NCBI RefSeq assembly: GCF_036321535.1
Contig: NC_087436.1
Coordinates: forward strand, 13,826,001-13,890,000
Length of the DNA stretch: 64,000 nucleotides
Reading direction: 5' to 3'
Source of the DNA: Camelus dromedarius
Taxonomy: Eukaryota
The notes beneath the pieces were generated by a model that had not been told where the DNA came from, searched no databases, and worked only from the letters and a program-made list of their open reading frames with translations. Numbering within the stretch: the stretch's first letter is position 1; every line of letters starts with the position of its first letter. The position numbers and the translations under genes are program-made. This document shows, in pieces, positions 13,130 through 28,084 of this stretch.

Positions 13130-13610
13130 GATCTAAAGCCTTTCTTTGTAAACAGAACTCCAACTTTGTTCAGACTGGGAGGGCAATGTGCTCAGAGAGA
13201 ATAGGCCCCTCCCAGTCCAAGAGGGCAACCTATGATGTCCTACCTTCCAGCATGAGCATGTATCTCAGACCTGGCCAATGAGGGTTGTACATAAAGCGAA
13301 ACCTATTTGGGAAAGGGGGGCATTCTGGGATTTCCCCTCCTGGATAAAAAGAGAGAGGTATACAAGAAGAAAGTCCATCATTATTCTTGCTTTGGACATT
13401 GTCATGGGAAGATATAGTAGCTGTGGTAGCTACTTGCATCCAAAAAGGGAAAGTCAAGAAGAGAAGCCAGCCCAGACCTCTGATATCAATGTGTGGTGAA
13501 TTCTGAAAGAGCCCACCTCCAAACTTCCTACACAGGATAAAAACCCCTATTATTTAAGCCCATTTGGATCTACTTTTCTGTTATTTGTGGCTGAAAGATA
13601 TCCTGATTCA
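13130..13610 (+). mobile_element. Old ERVL/MaLR-type solo LTR remnant
   Basis: ttcttgctttggacattgtcatg...gctacttgcatcca...cccacctccaaacttc...tttaagcccatttg...ttctgttatttgtggctgaaagatatcctga; similar to 21600-21950. Confidence 0.5.
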
Positions 13611-13687
13611 TGCACACAAGAAAAGGAAATAAAATAATATAATATAATAAAAGAAAGGAAATATATCAAAATGTCAACAGTAATTAG

Positions 13688-13905
13688 TTTTTTTAATTGA
13701 AGTATAGTCGATTTACAATGCATTAATTTCTGGTGTACAGCATAGTGATTCAGTTATACACATACAATATTATATATATACACACACATTCCTTTTCATA
13801 TTCTTTTTCATTATAGGCTATTACAAGATAATGAATATAGTTCCCTGTGCCATACAGTAGGGTCTTTTTGTTTATCTATTTTATATGTAGTAGCTATTAT
13901 CTGCA
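13688..13905 (-). mobile_element. L1 3'UTR fragment (lineage-specific)
   Basis: tttttaattgaagtatagtcgatttacaatg...gaatatagttccctgtgc; reverse of the tail at 6250-6380. Confidence 0.8.
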
Positions 13906-14759
13906 AATAACAGTAACTAGTTTTGAATCATAGAATTACAAGCAATTTAACTTTCTTCTCTACTCTTGTTCTAAAGTGAGTAAGTTTTAAATTTGTTATA
14001 GCAAAATGCAAATGTCAATATTTGAAAATTGGGATGTGGTTTTTTTTTCTTTTCAGGGACAATTTATTAATTTATATATATATATTTATATTTATTTAAT
14101 GCCTATTACCCTGCAGAATCTATATTGGATGAGAAAGTTCCCTAGCAGTGACTGGAAAGGGATGTGGTTTGCTGACTGGCAAGATTATTTCAGGTTTCAA
14201 CAAAGAATATATATCAATTTTGGGGAGAAGAAGGTAGTCTAAGACAGCAGTCTTGTCTGCTGAAAAGAATCCATAAAGTTGGGAAGCATTTCCCAAATGT
14301 TCCATAGAACATTAATCCCTCAAGAAAAAGAATCAAGTAAAGATTCACAAAGCATACTGGCATGAGAACTGAGAACTCAAAGTAGTTTATCTTTGTTAAT
14401 CCAGAAGCCCCAAATTCCTCTGATTACAGAACTCCTCTTCAAGTAATACCTATTATATATCCATTCCACAGGATTACTTTGGATAATGCCGAGCTAGTCT
14501 CCAGCAAAATATAATTCAAGTGATGGTAAAAAGAAATAATGGAGTTGAAAATTCATGCTTAATTATTCCTATACATGATATTTCTGAGGCTGAATTTTTA
14601 AAAATCGAGATTCCTATAAACATGAATACTTAATGGAAATCATCTGTGTTGCTCTATATTGTGGACTAGAAGGAAAAGAAAAGGTACGGGCCAGGGAGGA
14701 AGGTTCCTAGACCAAGAAGACAATAGTTAGGACCAAAACTAGGCAGTGCTGTACTGATC

Positions 14760-15810
14760 TATGTATTCATTCACTAACAGTTATTATGTCTCTGTGTGTC
14801 TCAGTAAGTGCATTCCATGCTGGGGATAAAACATGGTTAAGATATGCCTGCTCTCAGAATGCTGGCCATGGACATAAGACACATAAAGACTTCACCCTAT
14901 AAGAAATACATGTAAGATAGTCAAGGCACAAAGAAGTACTCAGCTTTGCTGAGGGGATAAAAACTTCCCAGAAGAAAAGATTTCTGAGGTGGGTCTTAAT
15001 AAATATCTCTGGTTAATGGACAGGCTGGAGTTTGTTAGTTAAACAAGTAAAAAGAGCCAGTCCGGTGCAGCATGTAAAGATGCAAGATATAAAATAAGTC
15101 GCATTCAGGAAGCTGTAAACAATTTGGTTTAACGGGTGCTAGGGTTGGAGAAGGGGTAAGAGCAGGTTATTAGGCTGGCCAGTGGCAGGAGGTAGATTAC
15201 AGAGAGCCTTAATGTCAGGCTGAGGAATCTGGATTTGTTATTCAGGAATGGGAAACCATCCAAAAGGAATTAAAAAAAAAAAAAAAAAAAAACTACTACA
15301 GCAGATGAAAGAAAGTGAAAGCTGGAGACAGGGAGACCAGTAAAGACACTAATTCAAAATTCTGGGCCAGAGGTAATGAGAGTCTAAGCCCAGACAGTGG
15401 CAGTGAGGATGGACAGGACGGGAGTGATTTGAGAGGTATCAGCACGTAGAATCAACAGAGTTTAGAACCTACTGGATGGGGAGAAAAGGGAGAGAAAAAA
15501 AATCCAAGGTAACTACCAGGTTTTTGGTTTGGGTGACTAAGTGGATAGTAGTTTCAGAGTCTACAACTCAGAGGAGCAGTTTTGAGTAAAGAATTTTGAA
15601 CATACTGAATGCAAGTTGCCTGCTAGCTGTTCAAGAGATGTCCAGTTAGTAGCTGAATACACAGGTGTGGAGTTCAGGGCAGAGGTACAGGCAGGAGATG
15701 AAAAGTGGGGAGTCAAAAGTATACAGGTGGCAATGGAAGCCACAGGAGTAGGTGAGGCCTCCCAGGAGGAGTGTGCAGAGCAAGAAGGGAAATGAGCTGA
15801 GGATATAAGG
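14760..15810 (-). mobile_element. L2 LINE remnant
   Basis: attcattcactaac...; gctggagacagggagaccagtaaag...gagatgtccagttagtagctgaatac...gggagtcaaaagtatacaggtgg are typical decayed L2 blocks. Confidence 0.6.
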
Positions 15811-16224
15811 ACTTGGACCCTAGTTCATCTGGAGATCCTTAGTACGGCAAGGGTGGTTGCCTGGATTTGAGTTCTTTCCTTCCCTGTTTCAAACATTTTA
15901 ACAGAAAACACATATTTATTAAGATGAGGCTGCAAAAGCTAGCTAAAAATCTCATGAGTGATAGTTCTTCTAAATGGCAAATCTTCAAAAAGGAGACTTG
16001 AATGGAAAGAATAAACCAAACTTTCTTTACAATTAGAGAGATTGAAGGCCTAGAAGAGATTTTAAGGCCTAGATTTGTATCAACTAAGTATGTTAGCACT
16101 AGTTATTTCACATCAACTCTGAAAAGCTCTTATTGGTGTCAAATATATCGCTGGTTAAAAAAATGAGAAAAATGATTAAAAATGCAATGGGGTGGGGACA
16201 GAAATAAAATAGACAAAAAAAAAA

Positions 16225-18475
16225 AAAAAACCAAACAAACAATAGAAAAGATCAATAAAACTAAGAGCTGGTTTACTGAAAAGATAAACAAAAATGATAA
16301 ACTTTTATTCAGATCCATCAAGAAAAAAAGAGAGAGGACTCAAATAAATTCAGAAATAAAAAAGGGAACATACCTCAACATAATGTAGGCCATATATGAC
16401 AAACCTACTGCCAACATTATACTCAGTGGTGAAAAGCTGAAAGCATTTCCTCCAAGATCAGGAAGAAGACAACAATGCCACTCTCACAACTTTTATTCAA
16501 CATAGTACTATAAGCTCTAGCCACAACAATTAGACTAGAAAAAGAAATAAAAGGAATCCAAATTGGAAAGGAAGAAGTAAAGCTGTCGCAGTTTAAAAGT
16601 CGATATGATACAATATATAGGAAATCCCAAAGACTCCACCAAAAAACTACTAGACTAATAAAACAATTCAGCAGAATTGCAAAATTAATATAAAGAAATC
16701 TGTTGCACTCCTATGCACAAACAATGAACTATCAAAAAGAGAAATTAAGAGAACAATACCATTTACAGTTGCATCAAAAAATGTAAAACACCTAGGAATA
16801 AAGCTAACCAAGGAGGTAAAGCCCTGTACTTGGAAAACTGTAAGATACTGATGAAAGAAAATGAAGATGATGTAAAGATATAACTGCTTGATTGAAAGAA
16901 TTGGAAGAATTAATTTTGTTAAAATGACCATTCTACCCAAGGCAATCTACAGATTTAATCCAAAGACTATCAAAATACCAATGGCAATTTTCACAGAACT
17001 AGAACAAATAATTCTAAAATTTGTATGGAAACACTGAAGATTCTGAACAGACAATACAATCTTGAGAAAGAAGAACAAAGCTAGAGGTTATCACACCCGC
17101 TGATTTCAAACTATATTACAAAGCTACAGTTACCAAAATAGCATGGTATTAGCACAAAAATAGACACTTAGATCAATGGAACAGAATAAAGAGCCCAGAA
17201 ATAAACCAACACATTTATGGTCAATTAATCTATGACCAAGGAGGCAAGAATATACAATGGAGAAAAGACAATCTCTTTAATAAATGGTGCTGGGGAAACC
17301 AGATAGCTACACGCAAAAGAATCAAACTGGACTTTCTCACACCATGTAAAAAATAAACTCAAAACGGATTAAAGACTTAGATGTAGATGTAAGATCTGAT
17401 ACTATAAAACCCCTAGAAGAAACACTGGCAATATGCTCTTTGACACTGATCTTCACGATATTTTTTATACGTCTCCTCAGGCAAGGGAAATAAAAGCAAA
17501 AATAAACAAATGAGGCTAAATCAAACTAAAAAGCTTTTACACATTGAAGGAAACTATCAAGAAAATGAAAAAGCAACCTATTGAATGGAACAAGATATTT
17601 GCAAATGATATATGTGATAAGGGGTTAATGTCCAAAATATAAAAAGAACTCACACAATTCAACATCAAAAAACAAAAAATGGGCAGAGAATCTGAATAGG
17701 CATTTTTTCAAATTAGACATACAGATAACAAATAGACATGTGGAAAGATGCTTAACATCACTAATCATCAGAGAAATGCAAATCAAAATACAGTATCACA
17801 CCTGTCAGAATGGCTAGCACCAAAAAGACAAGAAATAACAAGTGCTGGCAAGGATGTGGAGAAAAGAAAACCGTCGTGCACTGCTGATAGGAATATAAAT
17901 TGGTGCAGTGACTATGGAAAATGGTATGGAGTGTCCTCAAAAAACAAACAAACAAAAAAACAAACCTACCATATGATCTAGCAATTTCACTTCTGGGTAT
18001 TTTTCCAAAGAAAACAAAATCATGAATTCAAAGATATATGCACCCCTATGTTCACTGCAGCATTATTCGCAACTGCCAAGATATGGAAGCAACCAAAGTG
18101 CCCACCAACAGATGAATGGATAAAGAAGATGTGGTATACATATACAATGGAATATTACTTGGCCATAAAAAGAATAAAATCTTGCCATTTGTGATGACAT
18201 GGATGGACCTAGATGGTATTATGCTAAATGAAATAAGTCAGACAGAGAAATACCATATAATTTCACTTATCTGTGGAATCTAAAAAACAAAACAACAAAT
18301 AAACATAACAAAACAGAAACAGAGTCACAGATACAGAGAAGAGGTAACTGCCAGAGGGGTGGGGGTGAGGGATGAGTGAAATAGGTAAGAGAAATGAAGA
18401 GGTACAAACTTCCAGTTGCAAAAGAAATGAGTCATGAGGATGAAATGTACAGCTTAGGGAGTATAGTCAATAAAA
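16225..18475 (+). mobile_element. 5'-truncated, internally deleted L1 (ORF2 RT/C-terminal part plus 3'UTR), many frameshifts
   Basis: EKINKTKSWF.EKINK motif, then gaaaagctgaaagcatttcc, caaagctacagt, caatggaacagaata, gatgaatggataaagaagatgtgg; disrupted reading frame. Confidence 0.93.
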
Positions 18476-19329
18476 TGAAATCAAGTACAATAGAAATGAA
18501 GTAACAGAGTCATGAATCTGAAACAGAGATGAGATAATAGTTTGGGAAACACCAGACTAGGGTTATTACAGGAATGAAAATGAGGCAAGTTAAGAAACAT
18601 AACTAAGGACAACTGACAATAATTAGTGATGCATTACATACAACAGAAAGAACGAGAGTTAATCTTCCAATGTGAAGACGGCAAAACCGTGAAAGTGACA
18701 GACCTCAGGATGATCTCCATTTTCTATATACTTAGACATATTCAGTTAAGTGTCTGGAAAGGATATGAAGTTCCCTTTACAGCTCTAGATCCTACTCAGA
18801 TACTGGTTATACCCATTAGAACTGCTCCCTGAGGAAGTAAGTTTGGAGAAGAAAACGTTCTTTAGAATGAACCTTGAAGGACATGAGAGTGGAGAGTAGA
18901 AAACAGCAGTAAAGGAAAGGTGAATGGTCAGAGAAAGATTAATTATCAAGAGTAAATAGCTCAAAGACACAGTTAACCTTATCAAAACTGGCAGAAGGAA
19001 GAGGTTAGGAACAGAGAGCAAGACAGAAGAACGGCACTGAAAGCAGTAAGCAGGGCACCTGAAGTACTGAAATTCGGGAGAAGAAACAGGCAGTGGCATC
19101 ATAAACTCACTGAAAGTTCGCTCCCTCTCCTCCATTCCGTAACAGTGCCTGCTCATTTCTCTTTTACTGAACACGTGTTAATTAATGTCATACAGTTTAC
19201 TTATGGTCTAGTCTTTGATCTAAAATACGAATTCACTGAGGACATGGCTATGCCTTAAATCTTTCCATTTCCAGCACCTTGCATGGTGCCACAGCACAGG
19301 GCAAGAGCACAGGAATTTTCTGAATGGCT

Positions 19330-19750
19330 CCCCATTTCTCTCAGGATAAAAACCGTGTGATATTATGGATGGCCTGACATCCCTTTATCGCTCTGATCTA
19401 AGTTCTCTTACTCCACTTCATTTATACTTACTCTAGCCACACTGGCCTCTTTGATGTTTCTTAAACTATGCTGGTGTTTTAATGCCTTTATGTTGGCTGC
19501 TTTCTCTGTCCCTCTCTGGGATATTTCTCAAGATATTCACAAGGTTTACCCCTTCTCCTCTCAAATCCCACTTTCTGAAGAAGGTCTACTCTTTCTTATT
19601 TTAAATCTATTTTTATTTAAATAGATTTCTCCCTCTTCTAGAATGTGAGCTCCACAAAGGTAAGGATCTCTGTCTGTTTTGCTCACTGACACATGTCCCA
19701 AGCCCCCTGAGCAGTGCCTGGCCCACAGTAGAATCTCAAAAAATAAACAG
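19330..19750 (+). mobile_element. L2 3' remnant
   Basis: actctagccacactggcctc...ctagaatgtgagctccacaaaggtaaggatctctgtctgttttgctcactg...cagtgcctggcccacagtag. Confidence 0.65.
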
Positions 19751-21599
19751 ACGAAACACAGTGACAGACAGAAAATGAGAGTCTGCCAAAAGTGTGGTGT
19801 TGCTTTCTCAGCACTGTGAGTATTGGAGGAAATTTCAAATTCAGATACTGGAAAAATCAAGGAGAGGAAGAGAAAGCTGGTAAGTAGGAAGCCAATGGAA
19901 AACACACAGACTTGCAAAAGTCTGAAGAGCTAAGACCTAATGTTTTCAATCTTTCCCATCAAGTAGAATGCAATATTAAAACTCCTAAAAGAACTTGGAA
20001 TTTTACTTAAGAACTGAAAATATGAAGGAGCTTACTAAAGAGGAGAAATGAAAAGCTGCCAACTATTTACCTTTTTGATACAGATGTGAACTTAAAGATA
20101 TCAAATGCCACAAAAATAAAAGTTCCTTCTTATCTGGAAGAGATATTAAAAATTATAAATCAAGAATGGAATTATTAAAATGTCTAGCAGTGACTTTTAA
20201 CCCTTACTGAAAATTATCAGATGAGATTATATCTAATACAATAAAGACAGAAAGAATTTCCACTGGGAAAAACTGGCTTGATTTTGGAACATTACTTCTC
20301 AGGGTTAATTTCCTAAGAAAAGTCCATCTGGAACTTCAGTTAAGTGTAATTATGGAAGTTTCTAATGTGATTATGTCATGAGGTGATGACCCTCTGGCTT
20401 ACTGCAGGAAAACAATGGAATTATTCCTCTCTCATTAATGAAGGGATATGGGGCTTTGACAACGGAGAGGTAATATAATTTTTTTTTGAGAGAGAGTAAG
20501 TTGCACTATCTTCTACAAAACTAACATTTTAACAAACTGAACATAACTTGACAATGCTAACTAAAAAAGCAAGTAATGTCACTGAAAACTTTTTGTCACT
20601 TTCTTCATTTTTTTTCTTCCTTTATGTATATAAAAACAGTGACGAGCAACAAACTACAAGTGAACAAGCCACACATTCTCCCTGTATTCTCCACTGTCAA
20701 GAGTCACTCACCTGCTATGAACAGAGTCTCCAAGTGAGCCAGGCCTGCAGAGGACACAGTCTATACATGAGCTCACTGGAAGCTGACACTGCCATTTCAC
20801 AGATTAAGAGACTGAGATCCAGAGAGATTAGGTAGTTTGACCAGGTAGTAATTGGCAATGTTGCTAGTTTAATCCAGCTCATCTGGATAGCAAAGCCTGT
20901 TTTTCACTGAGAATTCTGCCCCTTTGGGCATCATATTAATACATTAAATTTGTCAACATTTTAAATACTAACAAACAATGTCCAGAACAATTTCAAGAGA
21001 GGCATCCTCAAGAAAATAAAAAAACTACATTTTGAGTTATATAGCATATACTTAGCTAAGATTACCACTTTGAAAGAAAGTATTAGAGTAAAATGGTATC
21101 TTTCATCAAGAAGAACCTTTCAATGCAGGAACTAAAATTTATTAAATAAATAACAACCTCTGGCATTTAAAGAAAAACCTTAGCAGATAATATTGATAGA
21201 AGTATGAATACATACCAGTGAAAATGTCCCTGTACAGCAAAAATAGCAAAAAAAAAAAAAAAAAAAGATTATACAACAAATAAGAAACTGGCCAAGTATT
21301 TCCATATTTCAAGGAAAAATCAAAGCACAAATATTATTTTGTTGATGCCCTGTAATACCCCTGCAACCACGGGGGGGAAAAATCAGAGGTAAAGCAGAGT
21401 ATTTTCTGTATAATCCATGTACTCACAGAGAACAGACTACATTACCACCGAACACTATTATCTGATCAATTGTGCTGCAGTTACAGAACTTTACACTCTC
21501 ATAAAATAACGTCCTATTTATAACACTATGCCTGTGTCAACCCTTCTGGTTAACTAACTCATCTAAGCCATTTCCAACCTCCTTCCTCCCTTACCCATT

Positions 21600-21950
21600 C
21601 CCACTCCCAGCTTCCGCTACAGAGAGGTGAAATACTGTTTCAGCCTACAGATTTAAGGAAAAGTCTGTTGGACAGCTGTGGGAAAGCTTTTGTTTTCCTG
21701 CTAAGAGAGACAGACATTCCAACCACTTCCCTTTCCCCTCTTCCATATTCTGCTTCGGATATGACACGAGGAGCTGTGCCAGCCACCCCATGACCATGAA
21801 GGAAAGACCAAGAGGACCACAAAGATGCCGAGACATTGAGCAACATTAATAGAGCCCCACCTCAAGACTTTGTGAGAAAAATTAATTTCCATTTATTTAA
21901 GCCACTCTTAGTCAGATACTCTACTATTTGTAGACAAAAGCAATCTTTAC
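21600..21950 (+). mobile_element. Old ERVL/MaLR-type solo LTR remnant
   Basis: gggaaagcttttgttttcctg...ggagctgtgccagccacc...ccacctcaagactttgtgagaaaaattaa...tttaagccact. Confidence 0.5.
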
Positions 21951-23514
21951 CAAACATTTTATAAAACTTTCAGGATGACCAGAACACAGGTCAGTAGCTG
22001 GTCAGAGGTCTGATGTGTTCATTCATTTGTTTAAAGGGTTAAATGCCTACTTTCTATCAGGATTAATATTAGGTTTGGGGGAGAGATAGTTGAAGATACG
22101 GCTCTTAGTTTGAGACACTCAGGCCTAACACAAGAGGGAGATGTATAAATGACAAGTGTGACAAGTGCTCTAATAGAGCATGAACCAACTTCAATGACAG
22201 CCAAAGAAGAATCGTGACAATTTTCTTCTTTTTGCTGTTTCAAAAATCAAAGTCTAGATTCAAGTCAGAAAAATACAGGACCAGCCAGAACCAGTCCCGT
22301 ACCGCCTTCTCCAAATGACAACTTGAAGACAGAGGCAGGGAAGAAAGGAAGAACACTGAACACTGTTGAGGGTTTCTGATACGAGCCCTGATCTTCCCTC
22401 TCCAGTACATGATGAGACTGGTTACAACTATAGAAACAAGAGTGCAACTACAGAGCCTCTAGGAAATCTGGAGGATACAGGAACACAGACAATCTATCAC
22501 TTCCTGTCTAGAACCCTGGGAAGCAGCAGCCCCACAGGTATTGTCCACACCCTCATGGCAGAGGAGATGCAAAGAAGCACTCTTGCCTCTGTTACCTGGA
22601 GCAGAGTGGGCCTGGGACAGCCACTAGTTTGGCAGTGTCACAGGGCACACTCCTATATATCCTCCAGAAGAAGCACTTTCTAAAATAAGGCTCTGATCAT
22701 CTCACTTCCCTACTCAAAACTCTTCAGCTTACATACTCAGAGCCCTTCATGATCAGGGTCCACCTGCTCATTCATCCCTCACACACAACTGAGCAGTACA
22801 AAACAACTCAAGATCTGCCCCCAACGTTCTCTGCTTCTGTACAGACCTGGTCTCGGCACACAGCAACAGAACTGAAGCACATACTATGGATTAGTCATCA
22901 CTGGAGGCAGCTGATTGTCACAACTACCCTGTGACGTAGGAAACATCAGGACCATTTTTTAGAAGAGAAAACAGAGGCACAGAGGTTATGAGTAAATGGA
23001 AGGAGTTGGATTTGAATCTAGAGTCTGGGTGTAGAGTGCACTCTCTTAAACCACTGTGCTGTACATACTGCCTTAACTTACAGGTCTCTGTACTTACAGG
23101 TCTCTGTACCCAGAATGCCCTTCACTCTCGACTCCCTTATGAACTCCCATACATCTTTCCAGAGCCAATGTAAAGTTCTCCTTCCTTAACTGTAAAGCCC
23201 TTCCTCGGCAGAGTAACTCTCGCCCTCTTCTGTACTCCCATCCTCTGCCGTACTGCACACAATCACATCATACTGCAGTGATCTGCTGACATGGGTCTCC
23301 TCACTGTGAGGTCCTGGAGGACCTAAATTAACATTACATCCCTTTCATGAGTCACAGGGCCTACCACTGCAAGTATTCACCAAACATTTACCGAACTAAA
23401 TGAATTTCAATAGAAGTAATGCCTATTTTTATTCAGAAAATATTTCAAGTTGTCCACATAGCCCAAAAGCGGACCTACTCTTTGTCCAGTTTTGGCAATA
23501 AAGAATTCTATGTA

Positions 23515-23994
23515 CTGATGGTTCCCGACTTACAATGGTTTGACCTAATGATTTTTTTTACTTTATGATTATGCATTAAGATTGTTCGGTAGAACCGTAT
23601 TTGGAATTTGGAATTCAGACCTTTTCTGGGCTGCTGACATGCAGTATGATCCTCTGTCCTGACGCTGGGCAGCAGCAGTGAGCCGTAGCTCCAGGCAGCC
23701 ACGCCGTCATGAGGGGGAATGATGGATCCACTCACAACCGCTCTGGACCCAGGCAACAACTCTGTCACTTTCAGTAGTCAATAAATTACAAGAGCAATTA
23801 TAAAATAGGCTTTGTGTCAGATGACTTTGCCCAACCATAGGCTAATATAAGTGTTCAGAGCCCTTATAAGGAAGGCTACGCTGAACTATGACGTTCGGTG
23901 GCTTAGGTGTATTAAGTGTATTTCTGACTTACAGTATTTTCAACTTACCATGGGGTTACCGGATGTAACCCCACTATAAGTGGAAGAAGATCTG
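23515..23994 (-). mobile_element. TcMar-Tigger non-autonomous element (MER82-like)
   Basis: Degenerate TIRs (ctgatggttcccgacttac / ataagtggaagaagatctg), each flanked by TA (23513-14, 23995-96). Confidence 0.75.
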
Positions 23995-26141
23995 TACTCA
24001 TTTTTAAAAACTGGTAAAAAAAAAAAATCACTGAATTATCCTAAGAGAATCTATTAGTGTCTCCCAAAACCCATACACCATGTCTGAAATTCAAGTCAGT
24101 ATAGATTTCAAAATGTAACACTTATCATAAACTGACTCCTAGAAAATCTGTCCCCTAAACTACCTTCCCTTAGTAGTGAATGGCCTGCAAACCAGAACTT
24201 GGATGAAGAACTATGGAAGATCTCAGCAGAGCAAGAAAACAAAAGAAAGAGTATGATTTCTACATTCCGACCCTTTAACAAAATTTTAAAAACATAAGTT
24301 AAAAACTGCTACACAGACTTGCTGCAGCACTAATGAAATTCTCTGAATCAATGGATTGTTATCATTAAGACTGACTTTATATACATCTATCAAACTTGAT
24401 CAAATTATACACCTGAAATATGTGTAGTTTACTGTACAGGAATCATACCACAATAAAGATGTTAAAAAAAAAAAAGACTGACTTCACATCCTTTGTTTCC
24501 CCTAATTCTCATTCACGTGTCAGATATCAGTCATATGCCAAGAGCTGTGCCAGGTGCCGAGGGTACAGGCTGACTGAGAGACCGTGTTCAGTAACAGCGG
24601 TAGCACTACGTGAAAGACTGGAGTTAGACTCAGGATGCTACAGCAATGAAGCAAACAAACATTCAAGTCAGAATGGGGAGTCCTGGAAGGAGGGAAAGGG
24701 CACAAATACAAAAATAAAAGCATACTGAAAGTGCTGTTCTTTTGGGGAAAAAACCAAAAAGTGTGCATTTCAAATCAGTATTGGTCAGTTATTCCCCACA
24801 CTGCCAGACTCCATGTGAATTAGGCACCACAGTTACAACACTGCTCTCGCCTGGTCTGCACACGTTGCAGAACACCATCCTACATCCGTCAGTATCAGCC
24901 AAGGTAAAATGGACAGAGTCACTCCTTGGAAGTTGAGATTGTTCCTTCATTATAAAGGGCAAGCTATTTGGAAGGGGCAAAAGAAGATGAGAACCAGAGG
25001 ATGATTGGAAGAATGGTTTAACGCATTTTGTGTGGCTTTTCCTTACAAAGAATACTCATAAGGACCACAGAGAGACAGACAGACTCTTTGTCTCTCTCAT
25101 ACACACACTAAAATTATTATCATGCTGGGGAAAATCAGCAAGTTTCAGCCAAAATTCTTGAAACTGTTATCAAGAAATAAAAATCATCTCTTGACCTTTA
25201 ATAAAGTTCTATACATTCTTCAGGACACAGAAAAATGCCATTTCACTTGGGAGTTTCCACAATATAATTACATTTTAAGTTACGTTAAAATTCATAACAA
25301 AAGCACAACAAAGACATGAGAAAAGGATCTGGTCATTTCTACTTTCCGTTGAACCAAAAATGGCTGCTTCTGCTGTCATCCAAATACCGTAACATATTTA
25401 CATATATTTCAGAAGACCACCAGACTTGAACATATGTTACCACACTCATCATCTTTGCATACAATGAAGTTACTAATTTACTTGAAAAAACCTGAGGAAT
25501 GCATCTGTGTCACAGATATTTAGAGGCTAGTTAACAACTACTTCTTCACCCAACCCAAATATTTATTTCAGCCTCGCAAAAATAAATTACTACACCTTAA
25601 ATTATTCTCAGCAACACTAATGATAAAATCTTACTCACATACAGAGAGGGGAAAACCTTTTTTGCTTAATACCAGAAAGTAACAACACTATTTTCTAAGT
25701 TTATAATCTAATTTTTAAGCAATTAGACCAGGAAAAAAAACCCATAATATTCTGGAAGGAAAAATTTCAACTTCCCCTGCTTGGTGTACATGATAAGAGC
25801 TAACCAATCACTAAGATAATCCATAATATGGCCTCAATCTAATGTCCAATCTTATTTCTCCATTTCTATACAATGAAAAATTGTATATTCTTTCCAAGTC
25901 AATGACCAACTATCCACTAAATGTAATTTGCTTTTAAGTTGTGTTTATCTGTGGTTATGAGCAAGGACTACAGAGTCAGGATGCCTGGATTTGAATCATG
26001 CTTTACCACTAATACTGTCACCTTGGGCAAGTTATTTAACCTCTTGGAGTCTCCAGTTGTCTCACACGTAAAAGGGAGTTCATAACAATAGCTACCTCAT
26101 GCAGCTTTAAGAATCAAATAATACACAGCACGCAGAAGCTC

Positions 26142-26450
26142 TGCTCTGGTCTGAATATGTGTGTCCCTCCAGAATTCATACATTGAAATCCTAACCCCCC
26201 AAGGTATCAGTAGGTGGGGCTTCTGTGAGGTGCTTAAGTCATGAGGGCAGAGCCCTTGAGCCTGGGATTCAAGCCTTATAAAAGGCTGCAGAGACACCCA
26301 GCCCCTTCCACATGTGAGGAGTCAACAAGGAGTCTGTGACCCAGGAAAGGGCTCTTACCCGAACAGCCTCCAGAACCCTGAGAAATAAATTTCTCTTTAT
26401 AAGCTAGCAAATCTAGGATATTGTTACAGAACCCTGAATGGACTAAGACA
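26142..26450 (+). mobile_element. MLT1A-like MaLR solo LTR inserted into a MIR
   Basis: TG...CA termini (tgctctggtctgaatatg...gactaagaca), 5-bp TSD AGCTC at 26137-41 and 26451-55. MIR sequence lies on both sides (about 25950-26500). Confidence 0.85.
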
Positions 26451-28084
26451 AGCTCTTAAAACTGTACCTGGCAAACTGCTCGATAGATCGTGGCTGCAAT
26501 TATCAGCAACAGCATCCCGGTGCCCTCCATCTCCCACGGCAATCGCCTCCCTCCACCTAGATCTGGTCAACTGTCAGCTCAAAAGAACCATTTCTAAGAA
26601 GTCTTCCTTAACTATACAGATTTTCTTTCCTAAAAAGTTAATTTACTATGTCAGGTATTTATCTTGCCTTACCAAGTAAAGTATAAATTACCTTGACATG
26701 AAACACATATTTTGATTTTTATATTGCTCAAAGAACTTAGCACAGTGTACAGTGGAGGCACACAGTGAAAATCTGTAGAAGCAGTTAATGCAACCCCCAC
26801 ACAGTTGATGGCTTATCTGCTATCTTATAAAATATTACAGAGAAACAGAAATTATACCCATGAGGATTTTAGACTGTCTTTAATGATGATCAACACATAT
26901 AACCTAAAGGCATGAGAGAAAAAAATGTGTTTCCTGATTTAATTTTCAAACTTACTACAAGAATGTCTATTCTCAAGAGACGAATACATTCCTGTACATA
27001 ATTGGAATCACTGGCAGAACCAAAGTGTAACAGAATGAGAGGGAAAAAAAAATACAACTAAGAGCTCCCTCTCTGTATAATCTGGAAGTAATTAACAAGA
27101 AACTCCGAAGAAGTTAACATTTTACTTTGGCAAGATGTTGAATAAACTGATCCTCAGTGCAACCCTGGAGTTGGAATCTGATTCAATTCAACAGTAAGTG
27201 AGGGACTGCTATCTTTACATAAAACCCACCATCTCTTGCAGCATGTTTCTCTCTGTCACTCATTCAGGCAGTTAGCCACAGAACACTTTTCACTTCATCC
27301 CACTCCAACTAGTAAAACGTGAAACTGTGATTTCAATCCATGTTTAATTTCTAACTGCTTCTCTTCCCATTAGGCCATATGGCCTCTCTGAAATAAGTCA
27401 TCTTCAGAACCATGGTTGAGGGATTTAGTATGATACTGACATTCCCTCTCAAATTTCAGTGAAAAATAAGGTAAGTTTATGTCAGTGAAATGATACTGAG
27501 TATTTTCTTTTCTTTTAAAGAAGTTATTTATAGCAAATGCCAAGGCTATCTTTTACAAATGACATATCAAAATCTAACTCGTCATTTACTTCTGTGGTGC
27601 TTAGAACAGAAGGTATAGGACCTACTGCCTATGTGTTGGCCTCTAACTTGAACTCTAACTTCTGAGTAAGTGTGTGAGAGTAAGCTTTGACCTCCAGCTT
27701 GTAAATGGGGCTGGGGGACAGGGGTGTGTCACAACATACATTGGATGACAACTCTCAGACCAGCAGGGAGAGGAGTATATTGACAGTAACTGATACGAAC
27801 ATCTTATTCCTCAATCATTCAGAATAAATAAGTAATGATATTAAGTTCACTTATTAAAAATAGTCACTGTACTAGCAAGAATCTCTTTCTTCTATTAAGG
27901 TTTGCCGAACTCCTCCATTTGCTAAGTAAAGATTATGCTAAATCCGGAGGCAAAGAAATAAAGTGACATTTGGCCAGATTATCTCTGGATTACAAAGTCA
28001 ACAAAGAAATGCTTAATCAGCACCCGATTATGCCTAGTTTCAGGCATGAATAAATGCCTGGAGGAAGGTAGGGTACACCACCAG

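Noticed and set aside
23077..23108. 16-bp tandem duplication (cttacaggtctctgta x2)
   Set aside because: Simple slippage duplication in decayed repeat DNA; only two units, not an array
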